DNA of 64,000 nucleotides from Lama glama (Eukaryota): assembly GCA_028534125.1 (NCBI GenBank), contig CM052832.1:18106001-18170000 (forward strand), written 5' to 3'. Positions 37,454 to 49,951 of the stretch are shown here, one piece after another. Both the position numbers and the translations under genes were made by a program. A model generated the notes under the pieces. That model was not told where the DNA came from, made no database searches, and saw only the letters and a list, made by a program, of their open reading frames with translations. The first letter of the stretch is position 1; every line of letters starts with the position of its first letter.

Positions 37454-39417
37454 TCTGGTGCTTGACTTCCGGTGACTCATTACACGGCCTATGCGGGAAC
37501 ATCCAACGTCTTTCCTCCGGTCACAATGGTCCAAATGCTTTCATCTCTTTCAGAGTCCCGCCACTGCATCTCGCACACAAAGGGGTGCTGGATTCAGCTG
37601 CCGCCCCCTTGCACCCGACCACCAGTGCTGAAGGTGCGGAGGATGCTTTGCTTGCGGAAAAGTGGGCGGATATTTCAAGGCGACCGGGAAACATGTGGGC
37701 ACACCTGAGACGACTGCCTTAGGCGTTCCCAGGCGGTCGTTCAGTGGGTCGAGGGGCGAGGACGTGCCTTCTGCTGTTGCGTGGGTCCCAGACCCCTCCA
37801 TTTGCCTCTCTCTGGGACGCTTTTCCTCAGGGAGTTGGAAGGAGGCTTGCTGTCTGCGCCTGGGAGTGGGTGTAGGTGGGAGGACCACGAAGCCATTGCA
37901 AATTATCTCAGAGTGCATGAGCATCCAGAATTCCTCTGGGCTTCCAGCGCACATTTACTTAGTGCTCTTTAGTTTGATGGTAATCTTTTACGCGTTAATG
38001 CACGATCTACTTTCAAAATATACCTCTTACTGAATGTCTTTGAACTTTTTAAATGTAATTCTGGATAACTTAAGGGAACAGTATTTGAGTCTATCTTTGG
38101 CACTTGTATCATTGATCAGCTGTGGCCCAGCTGACTTTTAAATATTCTGAATCCAAGCATATTTGAAATATAGTTTCAAATATGTACAATAACTCATTCT
38201 AGCCTGTGTGCTGCTAGATTTTAAATTTGACAAGAATACGAACTACTTAGTACATAAATTTTTATACTGCCCTAAGATAATTTAAGATGCTTAGTCTCAT
38301 TCTAGTTACTTCTTTAAGTTACTCCGTTTTCTTAGTGAGATAATAGGTATCTCCATGGAGCAATGCTTAATGTCAAATATTAGTATGATGTTTGAAAACG
38401 GAGCAAAGGATTCAAATTTACAATAATAGTTACAATGGTGATTTAAAGTAGAATTTGTAACTAACCTCTCTTTTTAAAAGTACTTTTGCATTTATTTTCT
38501 CAATCAAGTTCGATAGCAATCCTACAGGTGTAGATTTTTTTTATTGAAATGATATATATATGCTATTCCTTGATCACTTACTGTTATTAATAAAATAAGT
38601 GTAAATAAACAAAACAGTCAGTCTCTTGAAGAATTTATATCTGAGAGACCCAGAAAAGTCATCCAATTTAAAAGAAATGTATCTGTTAGCACAACTGAAT
38701 GTGCTAGAGAGTGGGTACCATTTTCAGTCATATGAGCAGAATGTTTACAAAAGAAAAATCAATTACTCTTTAGGTGACTGAGATGTCAGTTTTGTATTTT
38801 TAAACTTACTATTTACCGACATTTTCAAACATATAGAAGTTGACAGAGTTAGATAATGAACTCCCAAGTAATCAATCTTACAGTCATCAACATTTTACCA
38901 ATCATGTTTCCTCTGTCTTTCCACTACTGTTTTTTGGTGAGGGATGGGGGTTGGGGGTGGCAGTGGGAGTATTTTAAAGTAAAACCTAGACATATCATTT
39001 TACCCTAATTTCTTCAGTTTGTATGTCTTAGAGGTAAGAACTCTTTATTTTGTTTTACCTTTTTTTCCTTTTCTTTTCTTTATATAAGTGCAATATCATT
39101 ATCACATTCAGCAAATTTAGCAGTATTACCGTACTATAAGAAGTGGCTTGGCCAAAAACTAAGTAGTAAAACTAGGATTTGAATCCAGATTCCCTGGCTC
39201 CAGCTTCTCCTACTTGATTCCTTTTCCAAAGCATTTCAAGCAAAGAACAGTTGTCTATAGGGGGATGTGCCTTGAAGTGGATGTGGAGTCATCATGTTTT
39301 TAATGTGTAGACTAACACACTGTATGTAAGGGAGAGAGTAAGTGACCAATGTTGATAGCCAGCAAAATATACTTAGTTTGCCTTTATTCTTTTCTTGATA
39401 TTAGCAGAGATCTATTT

Positions 39418-41091
39418 GCCCTTCCTCCCCTTTTTTTCACTGTTAATGACCTCAGCTTACATTTTCTCATTTCTTCTTTTAATATTTCTGTTTCAGCTTT
39501 CATCTTTTGTTTACATGTTGTTTCCTATAACACCTTTTAACACTGAGGCCCATCCTAGCCTTCTCTTCAAGAGTAGAACCTAGTGGTCCCTTCCTGGGGA
39601 CAGATCTACATTGTTTTCCTGGGGCAGGTCAAAGTTTAGGAGAAAATATGGTGCTCTTCTCAATGGGGCCCCCACCAACCTTGAAACTTAAAGATATTGT
39701 CCTGCAATATTTACTCTTCCTAAGTCTCAGGGCTGGATTTCCATGTGCACATGATTGTCAAAAGCAATCTTTCCCTTGTTGAATTACCTCTGATTTCATG
39801 AATACCCCTTCTTTTCCCAACCAATAACATCATCATGCTATCCACTTTTAATAGTTTAACTGATTGACACATAAATCTATAGTGCTATTCTGTAAATGTA
39901 TTACTATTGTAAATTTTTTTCTTTTTTTTTAATTGAAGTATAGTCAGTTTATAATGTTGTGTCAATTTCTGGTGTACAGCACAATGCTTCAGTCATACGT
40001 GAATATACATATATTCATTTTTGTATTCTTTTTCACCATAAGCTACTACAAGATATTGAATATAGTTCCCTGTACTATAACAGTATACATTTGTTTATCT
40101 ATTTTATATATACCAGAATATTGTACATTTAAACATCCTAGTTAATCCTAGAAATATGTTGGTATAGTGCACACCCAACAAAAAAAGTCAATTGAGGGAA
40201 ACTCACAGTCCTATTCTGTCCTATGGATGATCCTTTTGTTCCTGGATTAGTCATTCATTCTACAAATATGTATTTGGTACCTGCCTTGTACCAGACAATA
40301 TTTTAGGTGTTCAGAATACATCAGCGAATAGAATAGACTATACTATTCTATTCTAATAGAATAGAATAGACCAGAGTTTACATTTTAAAAACTTTTAAAC
40401 AGAGGTTCTCAGCAACCCTCTGCTTTTTCATCTCATTATTTTCATTTATTCATTTATTTGTTAATTCCTTCATCAACAAATATGCAGAGTGTTCATCATT
40501 GCCAAGCACTGTGTTAGACAATCAGATTGTGATCAGAAGGCATTACATGTCTTAATATCATTCTGGTAAAATGTACGAAGGGTATAGTATGAACCACTAT
40601 ACCCTTAACACAAAACTAGTTTCCACTGATATCTTCCCAGTTATTTCTCTGATTATCCCATGTTCTCTTTCAGGTGTGCTTCAATCTTGTACAGAAATAT
40701 GGTACCCCTGCTTATTCAGTATTCAAAGTTAGAACTAAGGGCATAAGCCATAACTTTTGTGGCACACATGTGCCAAAGAAAACAAAAGAAGAGGTTGGGA
40801 GATGACATATTTTTTAAAAACCGGGTCAGCAGAATAGGATCTCACATTTTTGTTGAGAAGTAGAGTTCACATACTTATGATGTCACTAAATGTTTCTGCC
40901 AATGAGGAGACAGGAAGAGACCACAAAGTTCTACTCTTGAAAGGAAGGCTAGGATAGGCCTCAGTGTTAAAAGGTGCTATAGAAAACAAAGTGTAATCAA
41001 AAGATGAAAGCTGAAATAGAAGTAATAAAAGAAGAAATAAGAGAAAAAGTAAGCTGGGATCAATAAAAGTAAGAGAAGAGGGGAAATGGGC
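39418..41091. repeat. Inverted repeat, ~160-bp arms (39418-39579 and 40928-41091)
   Basis: The reverse complement of arm 1 (gttctactcttgaagagaaggctaggatgggcctcagtgttaaaaggtgttatagg...) aligns with arm 2 (gttctactcttgaaaggaaggctaggataggcctcagtgttaaaaggtgctataga...). Confidence 0.9.
39917..40117 (-). mobile_element. 5'-truncated younger L1 3' end
   Basis: T-run followed by aattgaagtatagtcagtttataatgttgtgtcaatttctggtgtacagc. Flanked by an approximate TSD tattgta(a/c)attt. Confidence 0.75.
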
Positions 41092-44000
41092 TGGGATTTG
41101 AGGGGACTGATCATGAGGGGGAATGTCGAGGCTGCAGAGCGTCAGAAAAAGTGTTTACTTCTCCTGACATCACTAGGGAATGCATTCGGTGTATACTATG
41201 TTTTCTTCTTCTTCTTTTCTGTTAACAGATATTCACTGAGGTCTTTCTACTTGTAAAGGACTATGGTAAATGTGGTGGAAGGTTAAGAAGTCAGGGCTAT
41301 TGCCCTCCAAGACCTTCTAGTGTTTGATGATGAAACAAGATGCCCAGACACCCAGTAAAAGCATAGTAACAATACAAGACTGTGGATGGTCGTGTACAAG
41401 TGGTTCAGACAGGATGTACAGGTCAAAGAGAGAGATCACAATTCTTCCTGGTTAGGGACACAGGCCAGTCTGTGACCAGGAGAGGATTTGAGGAGGAAGA
41501 ACTATGCAAGCTGAGTATAAAAAAAGGCAAAGGTTGGACCTGTATGGGTATTTAGAATGAGGAGAAATTCCAAAGGAATTGAGGAAATCTAATTTGCCTC
41601 CTCCTCTGCCTTTTTTTTTTTTTCCAGTCAGCACCCTTTTGTGTGAAATGTAGGATAGTTAAACCGTATCGCACTCTTATCTTCATCTGTGCTTTCACTG
41701 GTTCTGCCCTTCTGTGGTGGGCCTTCAGTCCCTCCACCTGGGTGAGGATAGAAATCCCAGGCAGTTCCCAATTCCTGCTCAGTGCTCTCTTCTCAATATG
41801 CAGTGGTGAGATCAAATGTTGGATTCCGCTATCAAAATCAAGTAAGTTCTGGCCCTAAAGGTAGGACCTTCATCCAACCCTGTCCCTTCTGGGGATTTTC
41901 AGCCTTGTTTTCTGCCCCAGTGTACCTGAAGGAAGCAATTATACTCCCGTTAGTAACAGTGGCTCATTTCGGAACGAGCCAGGGGACCAGAACTCTCTAG
42001 GGTTACCAGCCCATCTAGAGTCACTATTCTACATCTTTTTGCAGCTTATTTCTCCCTCTGTCCTTAAGTTTCCCACCAGTTGCCATTGGTTCCTACCTTA
42101 AAGTCTCTGCTCTGTTTCTCTAGTATGCTGGGGATTCAGATCCGGAAGGATGGGGGCGCCCTACAGGGAGCTGCTCGCCTTTCTCCCTTCTCCCTCCCCA
42201 ATTCAGACTACTACATATTTGGCCGAATTTTCATGATCAACGTCCTTCTTCTCTCCTTCTTCCTGAGCTTTATACTCCTGGCTTTCCCTGATGCCCTTCC
42301 TGATACCCGGGAACAGTATTTTGTCTTCACGATCACCTTCTTCATCATAAGTAAGGGATGAAAGAAAGATGATTCCTTCAATTGTTCTGTTCTGGGCTGG
42401 GATGGTGGTCCACTGGGCATGGCCTCCTAGAAATTGTTCAGGGACTGCTAAGGAAAAAGTTAGTACAATGGCAATAGAAGGAAAGAAATAGAATATGGGG
42501 AGTTTAAATGACAACTTAAGGTCTTGGGAATTAGCCCTAAGGCCATAGACTAAACTAATCAGATGGATTGTTGCCTACCCCCAACTTTTTTTTCTGAGTA
42601 ACAGGTATTTGTGTGTTCCTTGCATTACTGATGCACTCTGTGCTGTTTTGAAAGTAACTTTTACAAGGAAGCGAAAATCACCTTTCTCTACCCCCTCTTT
42701 CATCATTTTATTCAGCACCACACTGTTTTTCTTATCTGTTGAGCATTCTTGGGGCTTTGTGAGTTTGGGGGATAGGTCCTGAACTCAGAACAATTACATT
42801 TGTGGGTTTCAAATATTTCCCTTGAGCACTGTGATTTTTAGGACACGGATTTGGTGCAATGATATCTCATTTGCTCATTGCAGCTGCTCCTACTCTACAA
42901 TGCTAGAATTTTGCCTTTATAGAAGACATAGAATCCATTTCTCTTGTACATACTGTAAGAACCATGTCTTAGAGATGGAGAGAGAAATTGTAAGACAGAT
43001 TTTGTAGGGCAAAAGATGGTTGGGCTAAAGAATGGGGTTGACAGAGTAATATGCACTTTAATTTCCTAGACCATACTTTCACTTGTTAAGCCTGTTTAAA
43101 AACTGTACATTTGTTAATAAATATCAAATGTTGTTGTCATCCTCATCTTCAACATCATCATTCTTTCCTCAGGAATTCTCTGCTTCTTCAGCTCCCATCA
43201 TTGTTGGCATCAGGTTGTCTTACTGCAACCAATCCAAGTGAAACCAGTGTAAATATCAGTGGCCAGTGGGAACTCAGTAATGGTCGCAGGAAGGACACTG
43301 AGTAGAGATGGCTTGCCTAACCTCTGTGGTGGTGAGAAGGCTAACTTTAGTAGGAACATCGTGTCTAGCCTGTAATTCAAGACTTTGCAGCTATATACAC
43401 ACCTGTTTACTGTGTAAGACTAGAAACAGTTGGCTTGTTTCTAATCATTGTTCAGATGTGGATTAGGATTCCAGGAATTTCTGTTTCACAAGAAAGAAGA
43501 CACAGTTGGAGTGTGGGGAGGATTGAGTATGTTTGGATCCTGGGGACTTGGAATGAAAAAACTTCTTCTCATCTTGAATATTCTCTAGGCACGCACTTCC
43601 CAACTCTCTCACTGGTATTCCTCGGCTCCTGGCAGTAGTTTTTCAACAGTAGCAAAACTCTTTCTCCACCTATGAAGCCTGAGTTTTCTGCTTTCTCAGA
43701 ATTTCATAAGTGGAATCTTTTCACTACTCTATTTTTCAGGTCTATTTTTGTTGCAGGTAACAAAACCTTATCCAAACTACCTTAAAAACAACATAGAAGT
43801 GAGAAAGATGCAGGGGTAGCTCTTAGACTCAGAGAAAGTTCTGGTAGAATCCAGGCTACATGAGAGATTTGGGGACAGGAATCTGGAGCTCATTTCCTTC
43901 AGGATTTTTTTTTTTAACTATTCAGTAAAGGTTAATGGAATTTCCTGATCCATTAATATAAGCACTATCCTAAATTCCCATTGCTCATCGCTTTTAATGA

Positions 44001-45008
44001 ATAATCAAAGCCTGTTCTTTCCACCTCAACCAGACCTTTGCTCCCCTCTCTGTGCCCTCCTCACACCTAGTCATCCAGACCAGTCATCCCTGCCCAGATT
44101 ATGTGGCTTCTCTCCCACTGTGGTCTACCTCTACAAGGCTACCCAACTCAATCTTCCTAAAAACACAGCTGAGAATATTCTCCTTAAAAGCCTATTTTGC
44201 TTTCTTCTTGCCTTCAGGATAAATTCCTTATCTTGATAAATAAAGTTATTTATAACTTGGCACCAATCTTTCAAAATGTTTTTATTTTTGTATTGCAATG
44301 CAAGTCATGCATGTGAAAAGTATTAAAATGTATATGAACATTTGGAAGGATAAGAAATGAACCACCATATCTAGGGAAAAAAATATTGCCAGTATATTAG
44401 AAGCCCCTAGTGTGCCCATCAACCTGATGCTTACAGGCATTTTTCTCACTCATCTCTTCATTCATGCATGCAGACTTTCAATGTAAAATTAATCATTATA
44501 GATACCAAGGGTGTTCCCTTCAAGGGACATATAATTGAGTGGGGAATACCACTGAGTGAACAGTTTTTTACAACACAGTGCAATAAATGCCAAAGTCCAA
44601 AGTTGTAGGGTGTGCTCTGCACCTTAGGAGTACAGGAAAGAACACTATCTAAACTGGGGTAGAATTAATAACTCTATTAGGTTTGCAAGTATTTCTGTTA
44701 TTCCATTTGTGTGCTCTGGTCCCTGTTTCCCGGCTTCCTTCTATTCTCAACAGCAAAAACCTAAAAATCTCCATCATTTGCTCTTTCCAGGTCCCTCACC
44801 AAGAGGTCAAGCACCTGAGGCTGGGAGGTTATTACTATAATGAGGCTTCAAAGTAGACTGCCAATCTTTAATAGTCTATCATCTGGGAAGGTAGAAAGCA
44901 GATAAATCGGAAGAAGGCCAAGTGCACATCTAGAAATTCGACAGTATGAAATTGCAAAAACCTCATAAAGGCTAATTAATAATAATTTAAAAGATACTAC
45001 TTACAGTT

Positions 45009-45081
45009 GGGCCATTGGCGCAATGGATAACGTGTCTGACTATGGATCAGAAGATTCCAGGTTCAACTCCTGGCTGGCTTG
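45009..45081 (+). pseudogene. tRNA-Arg(ACG)-derived pseudogene, anticodon mutated to ATG
   Basis: GGGCCATTGGCGCAATGGATAACGTGTCTGACTATGGATCAGAAGATTCCAGGTTCAACTCCTGGCTGGCTTG. Four CpG transitions and G7>T relative to Arg-ACG. Confidence 0.88.
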
Positions 45082-46314
45082 GGCTGCTCCTTTTGGGTGC
45101 CTGGTCTTTGAGGGGATGGGATGATGCTCCGTGTTATTTACAATCCACATGAAAATAATTGTCAATCTAATATTTTGTGTATGGCAAAAAATCCTTCAGG
45201 TATAAAGATGAAATAAATAAACCATGTTCCAAATGTGTGATTACTGTAAGAAACTCACTTTAAATATAATGACTTAGGTAGAGGAAATGTAAAAGATTAG
45301 AGAAAAATAAACCACAAAGGCCCCAAGGGTTAAAAAAAAAAAAAGAGACTGAAGTGGATATATTATTATCAAAGTGGATTTCAAAGCAAAGAAAATGTCT
45401 AGATATAAAGAGAGATGTTATACAATTTAAAGAGTCTATTCACCAAAGAGATGTAATTATTCTAAATATATACAACCCTGGACTCAGAGCTTCAAACTCA
45501 TAAACAAAAGCTGATAAAATTGAAAAGAAAAATAGAAAAATCCACAATTATCATTACAGATGTCAACACCTCTCTCATTAATGAGAGAGCTAGTAGATAA
45601 CAAACACATTGAAGAAATAAGCTACATCATCCATCAATGGATCTAATTGACCTTATAAAGAAAAATTATATGTAGGTAGAAAGAAGGGCCAAAGAATTGA
45701 GAGAAAAGCAAGATCATATCAAAACTAAGAAATCAAGAGTGGTCAGAGTGAAGCAGAAGGACATTATGAAAGCAGGTATTTTAGAAAGTTATTTAGCTGT
45801 AAATGCTAGAGAGACTGAAAGTGGTGAAACTGGAAGTGGATCATCCTTGTCCATATCTATCCTTCCAGCTCCAGAGGTCTGAGTGGTCAGATTCCTTCTG
45901 AATCACTTGAGCCTACTGCAGTGCCTGGTACAGAGCTTCCCCTCAATGAATATATACTGAATGAATGACTAGGAAGTAATAGATTCAAAAGAGTGTCATA
46001 GGAATAATGTTCAACATTTGGCAAGTCATTGGATATGGGTTTGAAGAAGAATGAGTCAAAGTTGACTTGAAAGTCTAAGCCTAAAAGGCCAGCATAGAGG
46101 AGACTGGGAATTAGATAGTTGGTGTGTAGATGAATGTGCTACTGTGGAGAAGAACAGATAGGATAGTGAGGTCACGAGTTGGAGCAGAAAAAAAAAATCA
46201 CAATTTGGAACCTAATAATCTGGTTCTCACTTCAGGCTTTGCTACTTAGCAGCCCAAGGATCTTAAGAACATAACTTATCTGAACTGCCATTATATCTGG
46301 AAAATGCAAATTAT

Positions 46315-46947
46315 TGAAACGGAGCAGACCTTACAGGGTCTTCCTGGAGACAGACACACCCCTCTCACCTCCCCTGTCCCTCACCTGCCTCTTGTTTGTA
46401 GAAAAGCTTTAGTTTCCTAGACCTTCCCTGAGTTCAAAGATGAAATTTAAGCATAGAAGTGAGAAAATGCAGAAACAAAGGAGAGCACTCAAGCAAGACA
46501 AAATAATAATAACCATAAAATAAAGTCGAGAGCCTTTAGTTTCTTCTCAAGGGCTATGGGTAATATTCTGAGCCATATCCTTGAGTTACTTTGCAGATAC
46601 TAAAACCCCCACCAGATGGAAAAAGTTGACTGCATGCTAACCAACAGCATATAGATCTCAGACTGGTTGGAGCCGGGAAACTGATAATTGAGTTTCCCAA
46701 AATACTACCCTGTTACTTCACCATCAACCAATCAGAGAATTGTTGATTAAATGCCCTATGACCTTTTCCCTTACACTGTCTTTAAATATCCTTCCCTGAA
46801 AGCCTTGAGGGAGTTTGGGTCTTTTGAGCCAGTTCTCCTTGCTTGGTGCCCTTCAATAAATGCTGTACTTTCCTTCACCACAACCTGATGTTAGCAGACT
46901 AGCTTTGCTGCACTGGGTCCAGGATCCTCAAGTTCAGTTTGGTAACA
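46315..46947 (+). mobile_element. Solo ERV LTR inserted in cassette unit 1 only
   Basis: TGAAAC...GGTAACA, with CCAAT, TTTAAAT and AATAAA (46856) in order. Near-TSD ttat/atat. The site is empty in units 2 (~51263) and 3 (~58096). Confidence 0.85.
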
Positions 46948-47570
46948 ATATAATAAACAGCTTCATTGCTGCAATTCAATTGGAATATATGAAATAATCT
47001 CCATAAATCTCTTAGATAATTAATGGCACCTAAGGCAGCAAAAAATAGGGAGACTTTTTATTAAGTTTAGTTTATGTTTTTGTAGGGAGAATGTCTCCAA
47101 TCATGTAGATACAAGTGGAGATGTAGAGTAAGACAGAGAAGTACAGACAGTAGACAAATTTGAGGACTCTTGATTCACTCAGTTGGCAAACTAATAATAA
47201 TCAGGCTCTTCCTATATTTCTTTCAATAAAGGAGATCGTGAAAGGTGTAAGATCAACTAAGATCTCTGAGGGCAGGAAAAATCACATCATTGGAACACAA
47301 GACCAGCAAAAGACAGACACAATGAATTGTCCCTTGTCCCTAAGTCCAGATGGTCCTATCTTTGGGTGAATACCAAAGAGGTGTGGACTCCACCTTTCAT
47401 GGGTGTGCAATCATACCCGTGCAGAATTAAACGGAGCAATTGTCAGGTAGCTTTGATTGTGTTATTTAAAAACTGGAAACTGATAAAGTAGACTTGCTCA
47501 GAAAATACTATTTTGTATTTTACTTTCAATGTATACAGTTGAGGCACATCAGTGCTGCCATGGGCCATCT

Positions 47571-47643
47571 GCCCTCTTGGCGCAGCAGGCAGCGCGTCAG
47601 TCTCATAATCTGAAGGTCCTGAGTTCGAGCCTCAGAGAGGGCA
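47571..47643 (+). tRNA. TRNAM-CAU: tRNA-Met (CAT), elongator
   Basis: GCCCTCTTGGCGCAGCAGGCAGCGCGTCAGTCTCATAATCTGAAGGTCCTGAGTTCGAGCCTCAGAGAGGGCA; T6 terminator. Confidence 0.95.
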
Positions 47644-49342
47644 GGTATTTTTCAAGTCTCTTCATGGCCTACCTGGCAGGACACCAATTCATAGGAATAA
47701 AATAGGTCATCTCCCATGGAAAAACCCAACACAAAGGGAAATTAGCAAATGCTGCCAGATAAGCATTTGATAAACGTTCCAATATTCAATATTCACTCAG
47801 GAGAGTGCAATCAGTATTCCAGTTTGTTGCGTTTCTCAGTGGTTGAAGTGAGATGGACAAGAAATTCAGATTAACACTAGCAAACAAAAGCTGTATCATA
47901 TTTTTGGTCTTTCTTTCCTTCCAGTGGAAGAAGCAGGAGAAACTTCTCTTTCAAATTTGTGCTATGAAGGTTGCTCAACTGCAGTTAAGGGATGGGGAAG
48001 TGTAAAATCTTTTATCCTTTTAATCATGCAACAAATATTTCTTGTTAATGCACTGTTCTGGGTGCAATTGGAAATATGGGGCTTTCTCACACGTTGTGTA
48101 TTTATCTATAAAAATAAAGTTGTGATTGTTATGAGATTATGGAAATATGCACTTAGGAAGAGGAGGTAGAGTAGCTCTGTAGAACTCACATCTGCACCAT
48201 GTTCTAGAAATTGTACTAAACGTTTATTAATTTTATGCTTGTCACTTGATTTAGCCTTGTAGCTCACCCAAATATCATTACTCCTATTTTAAAGATGAAA
48301 TTGAATTTCAGAGGAGTTGCATCATTTTTCTCAGGTGTAATAGCTCTAAGGAGCAAAACCAGACATGAAAATCTGGGGTTTTTTTTTCCTATATTAAAAG
48401 ATGTGAACTTCTCTTCTAATCTGAGATATAGTCTCACCATCAGTTTTTCTCCATACCAGATCCTTCCTTCATACATTCATAGAACAAATATGTTAAAATG
48501 AATGGATTTATTCTTCCATTCGTCAGACATTAATTCAGAATCACTTCTGTGTCTACCATTCAAGTTCAGATCTTCTAAGTGTCCTTGACTTCTGCGCCTT
48601 CAAACCTCTACATCCAGAATCATGACACATACTTAAATACCGTAGATCCTTCCTGCACAACTCTCCAGAATCTTTCTCTTTTTTCTCATTCATCTATGCT
48701 TTTATCCATTCTACAAAGTTTATGGAGGATATATTCTGCACCAGACAGTGTACTGGGCTGGGAATGAGAAAGACTCATGCTACTGCTAATCTCAGGAGCT
48801 AAAAGAATGAACCTCAATCCTTTAATATCTTATATTTCCTTTTCCTTTCCCTCCAATTTTAGTTTTTCAATTTCCAATCTATTTGAAATTCAAAATTAAA
48901 AACCTTTCATAAATTAAGTCTATTATGAAAACCATCTGCCCAGAATTTTTTCAAAGGTTCTTAAGCCTCCACAATGCTCTCCCCAATGTATCTTCACGTG
49001 TCCAGGCTTTTCAATCACTATTTCCTTCCATGTTTATTTTACACGCATATACGCATACATGCACATAAACCCATTCCAATTAAACAGATGTATTTCTGAA
49101 CACAGGAATTCCTACCTCCAATCCTGTTTATTCCATCCTATTTTCACTCTTAATCTGCACCTTTCAATGTTCATGTATTTTTCCTTCACTCTGATATGAT
49201 CTTGCCTCTTATTGCCGATGGCTTTTGGATGTAATTATATGTTTGCTCCTGCATATAGTGTAAATACGTAGCCTTTTAAGACCCACCTCAGTGAGATTCC
49301 AATAAATGCTCAGGATTAAGTTAAAAGGGATATAGGATGTAG

Positions 49343-49415
49343 GTTTCCGTAGTGTAGTGGTCATCACGCTTGCCTAACACGCAAGAGGTCCTCGGTTCGA
49401 AACCGAGCGGAAACA
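49343..49415 (+). tRNA. TRNAV-AAC: tRNA-Val (AAC), variant
   Basis: GTTTCCGTAGTGTAGTGGTCATCACGCTTGCCTAACACGCAAGAGGTCCTCGGTTCGAAACCGAGCGGAAACA. Stems paired; T7 terminator. Confidence 0.93.
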
Positions 49416-49878
49416 CCTTAAGTTTTTTTGTCTACCTACCATCCGGGAAAAATTAGCCCACCACTCCCCAAATAGGAGCAAATGATCATCCCGCTTCTAT
49501 TAGTTTGTTGGTTTGGTTTCATTTTTAAGAAACAGATAATTATCTTGAAATAGTCTTGTCACATTAACCAACTGTTCTGGATGAGTCCTCCCAACTGGGA
49601 TGTGTTCTCTTCTGCCCCGGAAAATCGGAAATGTGAACTTTTGCAGCCAGACTTTTCTCACGGAGACATTCTCCTTTCCTTAGCACAGAAATGAGTACCA
49701 ACACTGCTCTTGCCTCAGAGCATCTTTTAGAAGATGTGCCCTTTAGAAGATGTGTCCTGCTTTCGCACTGATGGCCTCAACTTTTCCCTGAAATTCGGGC
49801 CGTCCAGAAGAGTGAAAAATGAAAGAGACAGTACTTTTAAAAAAAAAACTGGAGGAAAAGAGGAGAAGAGGTAGGAGT

Positions 49879-49951
49879 GGGGAATTAGCTCAAGTGGTAG
49901 AGCGCTCGCTTAGCATGTGAGAGGTAGTGGGATCGATACCCACATTCTCCA
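49879..49951 (+). tRNA. TRNAA-AGC: tRNA-Ala (AGC)
   Basis: GGGGAATTAGCTCAAGTGGTAGAGCGCTCGCTTAGCATGTGAGAGGTAGTGGGATCGATACCCACATTCTCCA. G3:U70 present; TTTT follows. Confidence 0.9.
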
